Shown here one piece after another: positions 9,791 to 20,195 of a DNA stretch of 64,000 nt. Every line of letters begins with the position of its first letter. Position 1 is the first letter of the stretch. The notes beneath the pieces were generated by a model, which was not told the origin of the DNA, did no database searches, and worked only from the letters and a program-made list of their open reading frames with translations. Made by a program: the position numbers and the translations under genes. Source of the stretch: Deltaproteobacteria bacterium (GTDB taxonomy: Bacteria; Desulfobacterota; Dissulfuribacteria; Dissulfuribacterales; DYLC01); contig JAQVIJ010000001.1 of the NCBI GenBank assembly GCA_028695735.1, positions 582,447-646,446 on the forward strand. Direction: 5' to 3'.

Positions 9791-10920
9791 GGCTTCCTTA
9801 TGGCCGGCAACTGGTGGACGAAGGGGATATTCAAGCGGTCTCAGAGACCTTGCGCTCCGACTGGCTCACCACAGGGCCAGAGGTCCGTGCCTTTGAGGAG
9901 GAGGTGGCCAGGTTTACTGGCGCATCCTTTGCCGTGGCGGTGAGCAGCGGCACTGCTGCCCTGCATACTGCCATGCACTGTCTGAACATTGGGCCAGGGG
10001 ATGAGGTGATCGTGCCGGCCATGACCTTTGTGGCCACGGCCAATGCAGTGGTGTTTCAAGGTGGAAGACCGGTCTTTGCAGATGTAGATGCCGATACCTT
10101 GCTTTTGAATTCAGAGGATGTGAAGGCCAAAATCACTGGCCGCACCAAAGGCATCATAGCGGTGGACTATGCAGGTCAACCCTGCGATTATGAGGCATTG
10201 CGAAAGATAGCCCAGGACTATGGATTGTTTTTGGTGGCCGATGCCTGCCATAGTTTGGGTGCGGAGCTGAGGGGAAAAAGGGTGGGGACATTGGCGGACC
10301 TCACGGTCTTTAGCTTTCACCCTGTAAAACATATCACCACGGGCGAAGGCGGCATGGTGGTGACTCATCGAGAAGAACTGGCCCAAAAGGCGCGCAGGTT
10401 TCGCAATCATGGCATAGAGACGGACCACAGGCAACGGGAGGAACAGGGCACATGGCTTTATGACATGGTGGAACTGGGCTACAACTATCGTATTACGGAC
10501 ATTCAGTGTGCCTTGGGCAGGAGTCAACTGAAAAAACTGCCGGCCTGGCTACAGAGGCGCAGGGAGCTGGCGGCCCATTACTCCAGGCTTTTACAGGACC
10601 TTGAGTGGTTGACTCCCTTGAAGGCAGCGGTGGAGGGACATGCCTGGCACCTCTATGTGGTGAGGCTCAAAAGGCCTGAGTGGAGACGGCCTCTTTTCCA
10701 GTTCTTGCGCCGTCGCGAAATAGGCGCCAATGTGCACTACCTGCCCGTGCATCTGCATTCCTTTTATCGCACCCGCTTTGGAACAGGCCCTGGCATGTGC
10801 CCTGTGGCAGAGGCTGCCTATGAACAGATATTAACCCTTCCGCTTCATCAGGCCATGAGCCTTGAGCAGGTGGAATATGTGGTCAACAGCTTGAGGGCAT
10901 TTGAAGCAGAGGCTATGTGA
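9787..10920 (+). CDS. pseC: DegT/DnrJ/EryC1-family aminotransferase, PseC-like (UDP-4-amino-4,6-dideoxy-N-acetyl-beta-L-altrosamine transaminase)
   Basis: The start ATG at 9787 overlaps the pseB stop (ATGA). The N-terminus MRLPYGRQLVDEGDIQAVSETLRSDWLTTGP matches the PseC pattern. The PLP-lysine region is SFHPVKHITTGEGG. Confidence 0.8.
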   Translation: MRLPYGRQLVDEGDIQAVSETLRSDWLTTGPEVRAFEEEVARFTGASFAVAVSSGTAALHTAMHCLNIGPGDEVIVPAMTFVATANAVVFQGGRPVFADVDADTLLLNSEDVKAKITGRTKGIIAVDYAGQPCDYEALRKIAQDYGLFLVADACHSLGAELRGKRVGTLADLTVFSFHPVKHITTGEGGMVVTHREELAQKARRFRNHGIETDHRQREEQGTWLYDMVELGYNYRITDIQCALGRSQLKKLPAWLQRRRELAAHYSRLLQDLEWLTPLKAAVEGHAWHLYVVRLKRPEWRRPLFQFLRRREIGANVHYLPVHLHSFYRTRFGTGPGMCPVAEAAYEQILTLPLHQAMSLEQVEYVVNSLRAFEAEAM

Positions 10921-10922
10921 GT

Positions 10923-12065
10923 CTAAAAGTTGTAAGACAGGCTTCCAGTGCACTCCTCGAGGGTGGTCAAAATCTCTTCCTCAGGAACTACTGTCACCTC
11001 GCAATCCCCAATGCCTTTGTTGAGCACATAGTGAAGCTCACCGTCTTGAACCTTTTTGTCATGTTTCATGATGGTTAGGAGCTGTTGAGGCGTGAAACGG
11101 GAGGGAATCACATAGGGCAGGCCCACTTTCTCCAACAGCCTGACAAAGCGAGAGAATTCCTCAAAGACCATCTGCTGGCGCTTAAAGGCGATGCGGGCGG
11201 CCACCACCATGCCCATGCTCACAGCCTCTCCGTGTGAGATGGTATAATCAGCGGCTGCCTCTATGGCGTGACCGGCGGTATGGCCGAAGTTTAAGACCCG
11301 CCTGAGGCCTGCCTCTTTTTCATCCTGTTCCACTATGTCTGCCTTTATGGCACAGGACATGGCAACGATGGTGGTGATCACATCTGATTTGAGGGCCAAG
11401 ACCTCGTCCCACTGCTGCTCCAATATGCGAAAGAGCCGCGAGCTTCGAATCACGGCATATTTTATCACCTCAGCTAAGCCGTTTTTTAGCTCCTGTTCGA
11501 GTAGAGTGGAGAGGGTGTTGATGTCCGCCAGGACCAATTTGGGCTGGTAAAATGTGCCCAGAAGATTTTTCCCTTCGGGCAGGTCCACACCTGTCTTTCC
11601 GCCGATGGAGCTGTCCACCTGGGCAAGTAGAGTGGTGGGAAGCTGTATGAACGGAATGCCCCTCATATAGATGGAGGCCAGAAAGCCCGTGATATCCCCT
11701 GTTACGCCGCCGCCCAAGGCCAAGAGCATGGTCTTGCGGTCAGCGCCGATGCGTAGCAGCTCTTTGGCAAGGTATAAGATGGTCTCCATGTTTTTGCTGG
11801 CCTCGCCGGCAGGAAATGAGACGAGCTCTGCCTTGATGCCCCTGTCCTCCAACTGGTCTTGAAGGTTGGAGCCATAGAGGGTCTCTACAGTGGAGTCTGT
11901 GACGATCACATACCTGCTGGCCTGAAGGTGCCTTTGTTCTAAAAAGGACGGCAGGCAGGAGAGCAGGTCCGGACCGATGTAAATCTGGTACGAATGGTCC
12001 TTGAGCTGAACGGCAAGGGTCTGGGTTTCAAGGGGTAGATTTTGTGGAGTGAGAGGAGTGGCCAT
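10923..12065 (-). CDS. aroB: 3-dehydroquinate synthase
   Basis: 380 aa. GGGVTGDITGFLASIYMRGIPFIQLPTTLLAQVDSSIGGKTGVDL and NFGHTAGHAIE metal-binding motifs. Confidence 0.9.
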   Translation of the reverse strand: MATPLTPQNLPLETQTLAVQLKDHSYQIYIGPDLLSCLPSFLEQRHLQASRYVIVTDSTVETLYGSNLQDQLEDRGIKAELVSFPAGEASKNMETILYLAKELLRIGADRKTMLLALGGGVTGDITGFLASIYMRGIPFIQLPTTLLAQVDSSIGGKTGVDLPEGKNLLGTFYQPKLVLADINTLSTLLEQELKNGLAEVIKYAVIRSSRLFRILEQQWDEVLALKSDVITTIVAMSCAIKADIVEQDEKEAGLRRVLNFGHTAGHAIEAAADYTISHGEAVSMGMVVAARIAFKRQQMVFEEFSRFVRLLEKVGLPYVIPSRFTPQQLLTIMKHDKKVQDGELHYVLNKGIGDCEVTVVPEEEILTTLEECTGSLSYNF

Positions 12066-12101
12066 GGCTGTCTGTTATTCTTTGGAGTTTGAGTTGAAAT
12101 A

Positions 12102-12199
12102 TGGCGGAAGCGCATGGGAATCGAACCCACCCACGAAGCTCTTCACCCCGTGCACTGGATTTGAAGTCCAGGAGGGCCACCAGTGCCCTTTCCGCTTCC
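12102..12199 (-). tRNA. selC: tRNA-Sec (selenocysteine tRNA, anticodon UCA)
   Basis: The reverse complement reads GGAAGCGG...CCUGGACUUCAAAUCCAG...long variable arm...GGGUUCGAUUCCC...GCGCUUCCGCCA. The anticodon loop is CUUCAAA (UCA). The 98-nt length, long extra arm and GGAAG/CUUCCGCCA ends closely resemble E. coli selC. Confidence 0.9.
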
Positions 12200-12206
12200 A
12201 TTTTTT

Positions 12207-12235
12207 AACATAATGGCTTGTCATATGGTTGTCAA
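12207..12235 (-). promoter_or_regulatory. Candidate sigma-70 promoter of selC
   Basis: On the minus strand: TTGACA (12235-12230), a 17-nt spacer, TATGTT (12212-12207), then 7 nt to the tRNA 5' end. Confidence 0.45.
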
Positions 12236-12416
12236 TCACTGGGCAGGAAGGTGTGAGGGCCAAATATGGTTGCCCTAACGCCAGCCCTTGGTGTGTCTTA
12301 TCAGGTATTAGGCGGTATGTAATGCCCAAGATTAGCGCTGTACTTCCTATTGACAATGAGTATAATAAACATAACATGTAATGACGAGCACTACAAAGTA
12401 ACGTAAAGGGAGCCAT

Positions 12417-12653
12417 ATGAAAACCATCTCTGCTGCCGAAGCGAATCGCCGTTTCTACCCCCTATTGCGCGAAGTCACGGCTGGCGAGGTTATCACCATC
12501 CTCTCTCGCGGCAAGCCTGTTGCTACGATTGCGCCAGTGCAAGCGGACAAAGCCAAACGCGAAGTTGCTAGACTCAGCCTTCTCGAACGCCTGCGTCGGC
12601 AACAACCCCTTGGCGAATGTGATTGGAAGCGCGAGGAACTTTATGAAATTTAA
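12417..12653 (+). CDS. Type II antitoxin, Phd/YefM-like
   Basis: 78 aa. The N-terminus MKTISAAEANRRFYPLLREVTAGEVITILSRGKPVATI is a typical Phd/YefM-type fold signature. It lies 10 nt upstream of a PIN toxin gene. Confidence 0.7.
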   Translation: MKTISAAEANRRFYPLLREVTAGEVITILSRGKPVATIAPVQADKAKREVARLSLLERLRRQQPLGECDWKREELYEI

Positions 12654-12663
12654 GGCCTGATCT

Positions 12664-13134
12664 GTGAGAGTGGCCCTGGATACGAATATTTTGGCCTATG
12701 CTGAAGGGCTCGGGGATGAAGCCCGCTGTAGCGCGGCAATCCGCTTACTGGAACAACTACCAGGTGAAGCGGTATTGCTGCCGGCACAGACCTTAGGAGA
12801 GCTTTCTCGCGTTCTCTTGATCAAGGCCAAGCGCACGCCCAGCCAGGCACGCGAGGCTGTGTTGGACTGGGCAGACAGCTACGCAGTGGCGGACTCCACC
12901 TGGTCAGCCTTTCAATTTGCACTGGACTTGACCGCCGATCACGGCCTGCCCATCTGGGATGCATTGATTCTGGCCGTTGCCGCGGAAAACCATTGCCAAC
13001 TACTGCTCTCGGAAGACCTTCAGAATGGCTTCATCTGGCGCGGGGTGAGGGTGATCAATCCTTTTGTAGAGCCTCGCTCACCGCTGCTGATGAGTTTGTT
13101 GCAAGACTTCGGCAAAGACACAAAAGGCCAGTGA
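12664..13134 (+). CDS. vapC: PIN-domain toxin (VapC-like ribonuclease)
   Basis: 156 aa with a GTG start. PIN acidic residues are in the expected order (ALDTNIL..., ...GE..., DALILAVA, LLSED). Confidence 0.7.
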   Translation: MRVALDTNILAYAEGLGDEARCSAAIRLLEQLPGEAVLLPAQTLGELSRVLLIKAKRTPSQAREAVLDWADSYAVADSTWSAFQFALDLTADHGLPIWDALILAVAAENHCQLLLSEDLQNGFIWRGVRVINPFVEPRSPLLMSLLQDFGKDTKGQ

Positions 13135-13177
13135 AGACACAGATGCCCATTCACATCAACTTACTCCTGTGTTCAAT

Positions 13178-13206
13178 TTGACAAGGTAAAGATGCCTCAC
13201 TATATT
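13178..13206 (+). promoter_or_regulatory. Candidate sigma-70 promoter of the korA-tpx-korB operon
   Basis: TTGACA (13178-13183), a 17-nt spacer, TATATT (13201-13206). It lies about 95 nt upstream of the ATG at 13301. Confidence 0.45.
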
Positions 13207-13300
13207 GACACAAAAGGTCCCACCATGTCCATGTGCTTTGGCGGTAGAAGGGAGAAGATACATAGGCTCCCTTATTCATTCGGCTGATGAGAGGTCTTTT

Positions 13301-14986
13301 ATGCACAAATTAAACATCCTTATCTGCGGCGAGGCAGGCCAGGGCATAGTCACCATCGGCGAGATGTTAGCCAAGGCCATGGTGCGGGCTGGCTATTTCA
13401 TTCTGGTCACTCAGGATTACCAATCGCGCATTCGAGGCGGGCATAACTCCTTTTGTTTACTCGTGGGCACGCAACCGCTTTTTTCGCCCATAAAGACCGT
13501 AAATGTCTTGTTGGCCTTAAATAAAGAGGGCCTATTGTTACATAGAGATGACCTGCATGAAACTGGCATTGCCATTTATAGAAAAGATGCCTCGCTGAAC
13601 CTTCCAGGCCTTGCCGTGCCGTTTCAGGAGCTTGGGTCTGCCACCATGGAAAACACCATTGCCTTGGGTGTGTTATCCGTGCTCCTGGGCATGAATGAAG
13701 GCCTGTTTGTGCAATTGTTTCAAGAGGTCTTTGGCGCCAAACACCCGGAGGTCCTGCAGGAAAATCTCAAGGTCTTTGGCATGGCCAGGGCCTGGGCGGC
13801 GGCACAGCAGGTGGTGATGAATAACCCTCTGCCGGCGCCCATGCCTCAAGAGGTCAGGCGCCTTATGCTAAACGGCAATCAGGCCATTGCCCTGGGGGCC
13901 ATGGCGGCAGGTGTGAAGTTTTGTGCCTTCTATCCCATGACTCCAGCCACATCTATACCCATCTTTTTGGCAGGGCATGCCAAAGATATGGGATTGGTGG
14001 TGGAACAGGCGGAGGATGAGATAGCTGCCATCAACATGGCCATCGGAGCATCTTTTTGCGGCAGTCCGGCCATGGTGGCCACTTCAGGCGGTGGTTTTGC
14101 CCTGATGACAGAGGCTGTAAGCCTGGCAGGCATGACAGAGACGCCCCTCGTGATTGTGGTGGCCCAGAGGCCCGGCCCGGCCACCGGCCTTCCCACTCGC
14201 ACTGAACAAGGGGACTTGGAGTTTGTCCTGCATTCAGGTCATGGAGAGTTTCCCAGGGCCATCTTTGCCCCAGGCACCGTCGAAGAGTGCTTTAACCTGA
14301 TGTATCAGGCCTTTCATTTGGCCGAGGCATTTCAGGGGCCGGTCTTTGTGTTGACGGACCAGTTTCTGGCGGACTCCTATCGGGCTGTTGAGCCCTTTGA
14401 CCTTTCTGCATTAAGGCCAGTAGAATGGGGTAAAGACACGCTAACCGGCATAAAGGTGCCTTACAGGCGCTATGAGCTTACGGAAAATGGAGTGTCTTCA
14501 AGGTTGATTCCAGGCATGACCAATCAATTAGTGGTGGCAGACAGCGACGAGCACACAGAAGACGGTCACATCACAGAGGACCTGTCTGTGCGAAAGGCCA
14601 TGGTGGAAAAACGCCTCAAAAAACTCTGTCTGGTGTTTGAGCGAGTCTTGGCCCCGCAGTATCTGGGCCCTGATTCAGCGGATATCTTGCTTGTGAGCTG
14701 GGGTTCCACATTTGGTGCCGCAATAGAGGCAGGAGAAGAGCTGCGCAGACAGGGGAGGTCTGTGGCGAATCTGCATTTTTCCCAGGTCTGGCCCTTGAAT
14801 GCGGCCCATTTTGCCCAAAGGCTACGAGCAGCCAAACGGATTGTAGCAGTGGAAGGCAATGCCACAGGCCAGTTTGCACGCATTCTAAAGGCAGAGACAG
14901 GTATAGCTGCACACGACTATGTCCTGCGCTATGACGGCCTTCCTTTTACGGCCGAGTATCTGTTAAATAGCATTTCAAAACTATAA
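13301..14986 (+). CDS. korA: 2-oxoacid:ferredoxin oxidoreductase, fused gamma-alpha subunit (KorA-type)
   Basis: I trimmed the start to ATG 13301. The N-terminal gamma-like domain is ILICGEAGQGIVTIGEMLAKA. The alpha domain is NGNQAIALGAMAAGVKFCAFYPMTPATS...SGGGFALMTE...VIVVAQRPGPATGLPT. Confidence 0.85.
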   Translation: MHKLNILICGEAGQGIVTIGEMLAKAMVRAGYFILVTQDYQSRIRGGHNSFCLLVGTQPLFSPIKTVNVLLALNKEGLLLHRDDLHETGIAIYRKDASLNLPGLAVPFQELGSATMENTIALGVLSVLLGMNEGLFVQLFQEVFGAKHPEVLQENLKVFGMARAWAAAQQVVMNNPLPAPMPQEVRRLMLNGNQAIALGAMAAGVKFCAFYPMTPATSIPIFLAGHAKDMGLVVEQAEDEIAAINMAIGASFCGSPAMVATSGGGFALMTEAVSLAGMTETPLVIVVAQRPGPATGLPTRTEQGDLEFVLHSGHGEFPRAIFAPGTVEECFNLMYQAFHLAEAFQGPVFVLTDQFLADSYRAVEPFDLSALRPVEWGKDTLTGIKVPYRRYELTENGVSSRLIPGMTNQLVVADSDEHTEDGHITEDLSVRKAMVEKRLKKLCLVFERVLAPQYLGPDSADILLVSWGSTFGAAIEAGEELRRQGRSVANLHFSQVWPLNAAHFAQRLRAAKRIVAVEGNATGQFARILKAETGIAAHDYVLRYDGLPFTAEYLLNSISKL

Positions 14987-15002
14987 AAACAGGGGGTGTC
15001 TT

Positions 15003-15515
15003 ATGGAACGAAAAGGTCTGGTAACCATTCAAGGAAATCCGCTCACTTTAGTTGGAAATGAGCTGAAAACAGGGGATAGGGCACCTGATTTTCAGGTATT
15101 GAGCAAAGAACTCGCTGCGGTTTCCCTTGCTGATTTTAAGGGAAAAATAAAGGTGATCAGCGTTACGCCGTCTTTGGATACACCTGTCTGTGACCTGCAG
15201 ATTCGCCGTTTCAATCAAGAGGCCAGCGGCCTTTCAGACAAGGTGGTGGTCTTGAATATCAGTATGGACCTCCCTTTTGCCATCTCTCGCTTTTGCACTG
15301 CTGCCGGCATAGACAAGGTAGTGGCATTGTCAGACCACAGAGATGCCTCCTTTGGCATGAATTATGGCGTCTTGATTCAGGAGTTGCGTCTGTTGGCCAG
15401 GGCCATCTTTGTCATAGATACAGATGACTTCATTCGATACATGGAGATAGTCCCTGAAATAACCTCACCACCTGACTATGACAAGGCCATTCAGGCCATT
15501 AAAGGCCTTTTGTAG
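15003..15515 (+). CDS. tpx: Thiol peroxidase (atypical 2-Cys peroxiredoxin Tpx)
   Basis: 170 aa. GDRAPDF, KVISVTPSLDTPVCD (peroxidatic Cys) and ISRFCTAAGI (resolving Cys region). Confidence 0.9.
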   Translation: MERKGLVTIQGNPLTLVGNELKTGDRAPDFQVLSKELAAVSLADFKGKIKVISVTPSLDTPVCDLQIRRFNQEASGLSDKVVVLNISMDLPFAISRFCTAAGIDKVVALSDHRDASFGMNYGVLIQELRLLARAIFVIDTDDFIRYMEIVPEITSPPDYDKAIQAIKGLL

Positions 15516-15534
15516 GTTGCCAAAGGAATTGGCC

Positions 15535-16386
15535 ATGGTTGAGCTGAAAGACTACGGCAGTTTTGAAACAGCGTGGTGCCCTGGTTGTGGCAATTTTGCC
15601 ATTTTAAACAGCCTCAAGAAGGCCTTGGTGGCCTGCGGATTAGAGCCCTGGAATGTGCTGATGGTCTCTGGCATAGGTCAGGCAGCCAAGACCCCTCATT
15701 ACCTTTACTGTAATGTTTTCAATGGGTTGCATGGCAGGGCATTGCCTGTGGCAACAGGTGCCAAACTGGCCAATCCAAACCTAACCGTCATAGTGGAAAG
15801 CGGAGACGGTTGTGTGTACGGCGAGGGAGGCAATCATTTTTTGGCTGCCATTCGCAGAAATCCTGACATCACCTTGTTTGTGCACGACAATCAAGTCTAT
15901 GGGTTGACCAAGGGCCAGGCCAGCCCCACCTCTGAAAAGGGCTTTGTGACCAAGGCCCAGCCCGAGGGAAATCACTCCAGGCCATTTAACCCACTGGCAG
16001 TGGCCATTGTCATGGGCGCCACCTTTGTGGCCCGTGGTTTTGCCGGTATGCCTGAGCATCTCTCATCGCTCATGGTGGAGGCCATCAGGCATAAAGGGTT
16101 TTCCATAGTGGACATACTTCAGCCCTGTGTTTCATTTAACAAGATCAATACCTATGCCTGGTACAGGGAAAGGTGTTACGAGCTTCCTGCCTCTTATGAT
16201 GCCACTGACCGCATGAAGGCCATAGAAAAGGCGATGGAGTTTGAGGAGCGGATACCCATTGGTGTGCTCTTTCGAGGGGAGGATGTTCCATTGAATGAGT
16301 ATTTTGATGCGGTCAAAAACGGGCCGTTGGGGCAGCAGCCCGTAGATTACGAAAAATTACAGCACATTATAGCCGAGCTTGCATAG
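15535..16386 (+). CDS. korB: 2-oxoacid:ferredoxin oxidoreductase beta subunit (TPP-binding, KorB-type)
   Basis: I trimmed the start to ATG 15535. WCPGCGNFAIL, GIGQAAK and the TPP motif ESGDGCVYGEGGNH...HDNQVYGLTKGQ. Confidence 0.85.
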   Translation: MVELKDYGSFETAWCPGCGNFAILNSLKKALVACGLEPWNVLMVSGIGQAAKTPHYLYCNVFNGLHGRALPVATGAKLANPNLTVIVESGDGCVYGEGGNHFLAAIRRNPDITLFVHDNQVYGLTKGQASPTSEKGFVTKAQPEGNHSRPFNPLAVAIVMGATFVARGFAGMPEHLSSLMVEAIRHKGFSIVDILQPCVSFNKINTYAWYRERCYELPASYDATDRMKAIEKAMEFEERIPIGVLFRGEDVPLNEYFDAVKNGPLGQQPVDYEKLQHIIAELA

Positions 16387-16415
16387 GCTCAAGGCATTTC
16401 AAGTCAAACATGAGG

Positions 16416-16456
16416 CACGCCAGAGGCATACATCAAGGCCGCCCCTGGCGTGTTTT
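16416..16456. terminator. Terminator hairpin between convergent korB and katG
   Basis: CACGCCAGAGGC (16416-16427) pairs with GCCCCTGGCGTG (16441-16452) with one mismatch, followed by TTTT. Confidence 0.55.
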
Positions 16457-16477
16457 CAGTGGGTTTGGTAATGGAAT

Positions 16478-18700
<2,223 letters not shown>

Positions 18701-18716
18701 TTACCTAATTGATTCA

Positions 18717-19181
18717 TCAAGTTTTTGTTGATTCAGCTTCATTGGCACACTGGTGGCAGATACCTTTTATCTCCAATTGAATCTTTTGTATCTCACCTAT
18801 TTTTCTTACCGCATCTGGTATGTTAAGGTTACTTAGTTCTTCACTATAGAAGTCGTATATGGTTCCGCAGTTGGTGCAGATAAAGTGATGATGTGGTTTA
18901 GTGTTTGTATCAAAGCGCATACGGCTGTATTGAGTTCCGAAAATATCTATCAGCCCGAGCTTGGCAAAGAGCTGAAGGGTGCGATAGACAGTATCCAGAG
19001 AAATGGTTGGAAGCTTTGAAGCGATATTTTTATAAATGGTTTCAGCATCAGGATGCCCTGCTGTTTTGCAGAGTTCTTTAAAGATCTCAAGGCGTTGGTG
19101 CGTGACCTTGATCCCTGCCTGTATTAAGGTTTTTTGAAATATTTCCAGCAGCGCCTCTGGGTCGGTTTCATGTCTCTGCAT
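18717..19181 (-). CDS. Fur-family transcriptional regulator (FurA/PerR-like), immediately upstream of katG
   Basis: 154 aa. Winged helix (ISLDTVYRTLQLFAKLGLI), HHHFICTNCG...CHQC metal sites. A 46-nt gap separates it from katG on the same strand. Confidence 0.85.
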   Translation of the reverse strand: MQRHETDPEALLEIFQKTLIQAGIKVTHQRLEIFKELCKTAGHPDAETIYKNIASKLPTISLDTVYRTLQLFAKLGLIDIFGTQYSRMRFDTNTKPHHHFICTNCGTIYDFYSEELSNLNIPDAVRKIGEIQKIQLEIKGICHQCANEAESTKT

Positions 19182-19209
19182 TTTGCATTATTTTCCTAAA
19201 TCAGATTTT

Positions 19210-19223
19210 TTCTGAATTAAGAA
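19210..19223. promoter_or_regulatory. Imperfect 14-bp palindrome in the fur-katG promoter region (candidate operator)
   Basis: TTCTGAATTAAGAA (6 of 7 half-site symmetry), about 30 nt upstream of the fur-like start. A TTGACA on the minus strand lies nearby. Confidence 0.3.
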
Positions 19224-19558
19224 TAAATTGTAACATAGTATTTGTCAAGATTTTTTTGAAGCCATAGGCTGTTAAAAAAAAGTAGTATCTTGCTAACCAT
19301 GAAATCGGAAAATATCGCCCGGGGCAAGGTTCCTTTTGAGTCAACATATAGTTTTTGTTACAATGCCGATAGCACGGATATGATTGTATGGTCGGGATCA
19401 AGAGGGTGTTATGTGACAGATACTTCTATCACGGGAGTTATAATTTTAAAAAATACCAGAAAGTTGTCGAATGCCTTGGCCGTTGAATAAAAGGGCATTA
19501 TATTTTGTATAAAGTTAGGGCTGCATAGGCCTTTTGAGCCGCAAATGGAGTGATTTAT

Positions 19559-20185
19559 ATGCCTATAGCCGGTATATCATCGCAAAGCATGGCTGTTCCT
19601 GGGGGATTGCCAAATCCCTTGCAGGCCCAGGTCTTACCTCCATCTGTAGCCGATAATACGGCATCCTCTCTGGTCCAGCCCGATGGCCAGGGTAGATTCA
19701 AGGCCACAGACGAGAAAACGGGCCAGAAGGGCCGCACTGCATTTTCCCAATCCTCCAATGCCTCTAAACAGGAACTCACAGCCCAAGAGATGGCGGTGCT
19801 TCTGGAGCTTAAAAAGACGGATCAACAGGTGCGCCAGCACGAGGCCGCCCACATAGCCGCCGGCGGCAGCTATGTCTCCAAGGCAGCGTCCTATTCGTAT
19901 AAAGTAGGACCTGACGGCAATAGATATGCAGTGGCAGGCGAGGTGTCCATAGATGTCTCGCCCGAAAGGGACCCACGGGCCACGGTGCAGAAGATGGCAG
20001 TGGTCCAGCGCTCCGCCCTCGCGCCGCCGGATCCATCCCCTCAGGACCGGGCAGTGGCAGCCAAGGCCGCCATGATAGCCGCTCAGGCCCAGGCTCAACT
20101 GGTTCGGTTGCAGTATGAAAAGAACAAGGGCATGGCGGTCAGGTGGTCTGTGTCACCTGGCATGACCATCGACACATACGCCTGA
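19559..20185 (+). CDS. SprA-related / putative metalloprotease family protein (CJM1_0395-like)
   Basis: I trimmed the start to ATG 19559 (GGAG 8 nt upstream). The conserved block is ELKKTDQQVRQHEAAHIAAGGSYV...YSYKVGPDGNRYAVAGEVSIDVSPERDP...APPDPSPQD, recalled from the SprA-related family. Confidence 0.55.
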   Translation: MPIAGISSQSMAVPGGLPNPLQAQVLPPSVADNTASSLVQPDGQGRFKATDEKTGQKGRTAFSQSSNASKQELTAQEMAVLLELKKTDQQVRQHEAAHIAAGGSYVSKAASYSYKVGPDGNRYAVAGEVSIDVSPERDPRATVQKMAVVQRSALAPPDPSPQDRAVAAKAAMIAAQAQAQLVRLQYEKNKGMAVRWSVSPGMTIDTYA

Positions 20186-20195
20186 GCCCCTTGCC

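Noticed and set aside
12075-12416. 113-aa minus-strand ORF.
   Set aside because: It overlaps the tRNA-Sec gene and its promoter, so it is a spurious ORF.
12102-13134. tRNA-Sec as the attachment site of an integrated island carrying the toxin-antitoxin pair.
   Set aside because: The toxin-antitoxin pair lies on the 5' side of the tRNA. There is no integrase, no duplicated tRNA 3' segment, and only about 0.9 kb of extra DNA.
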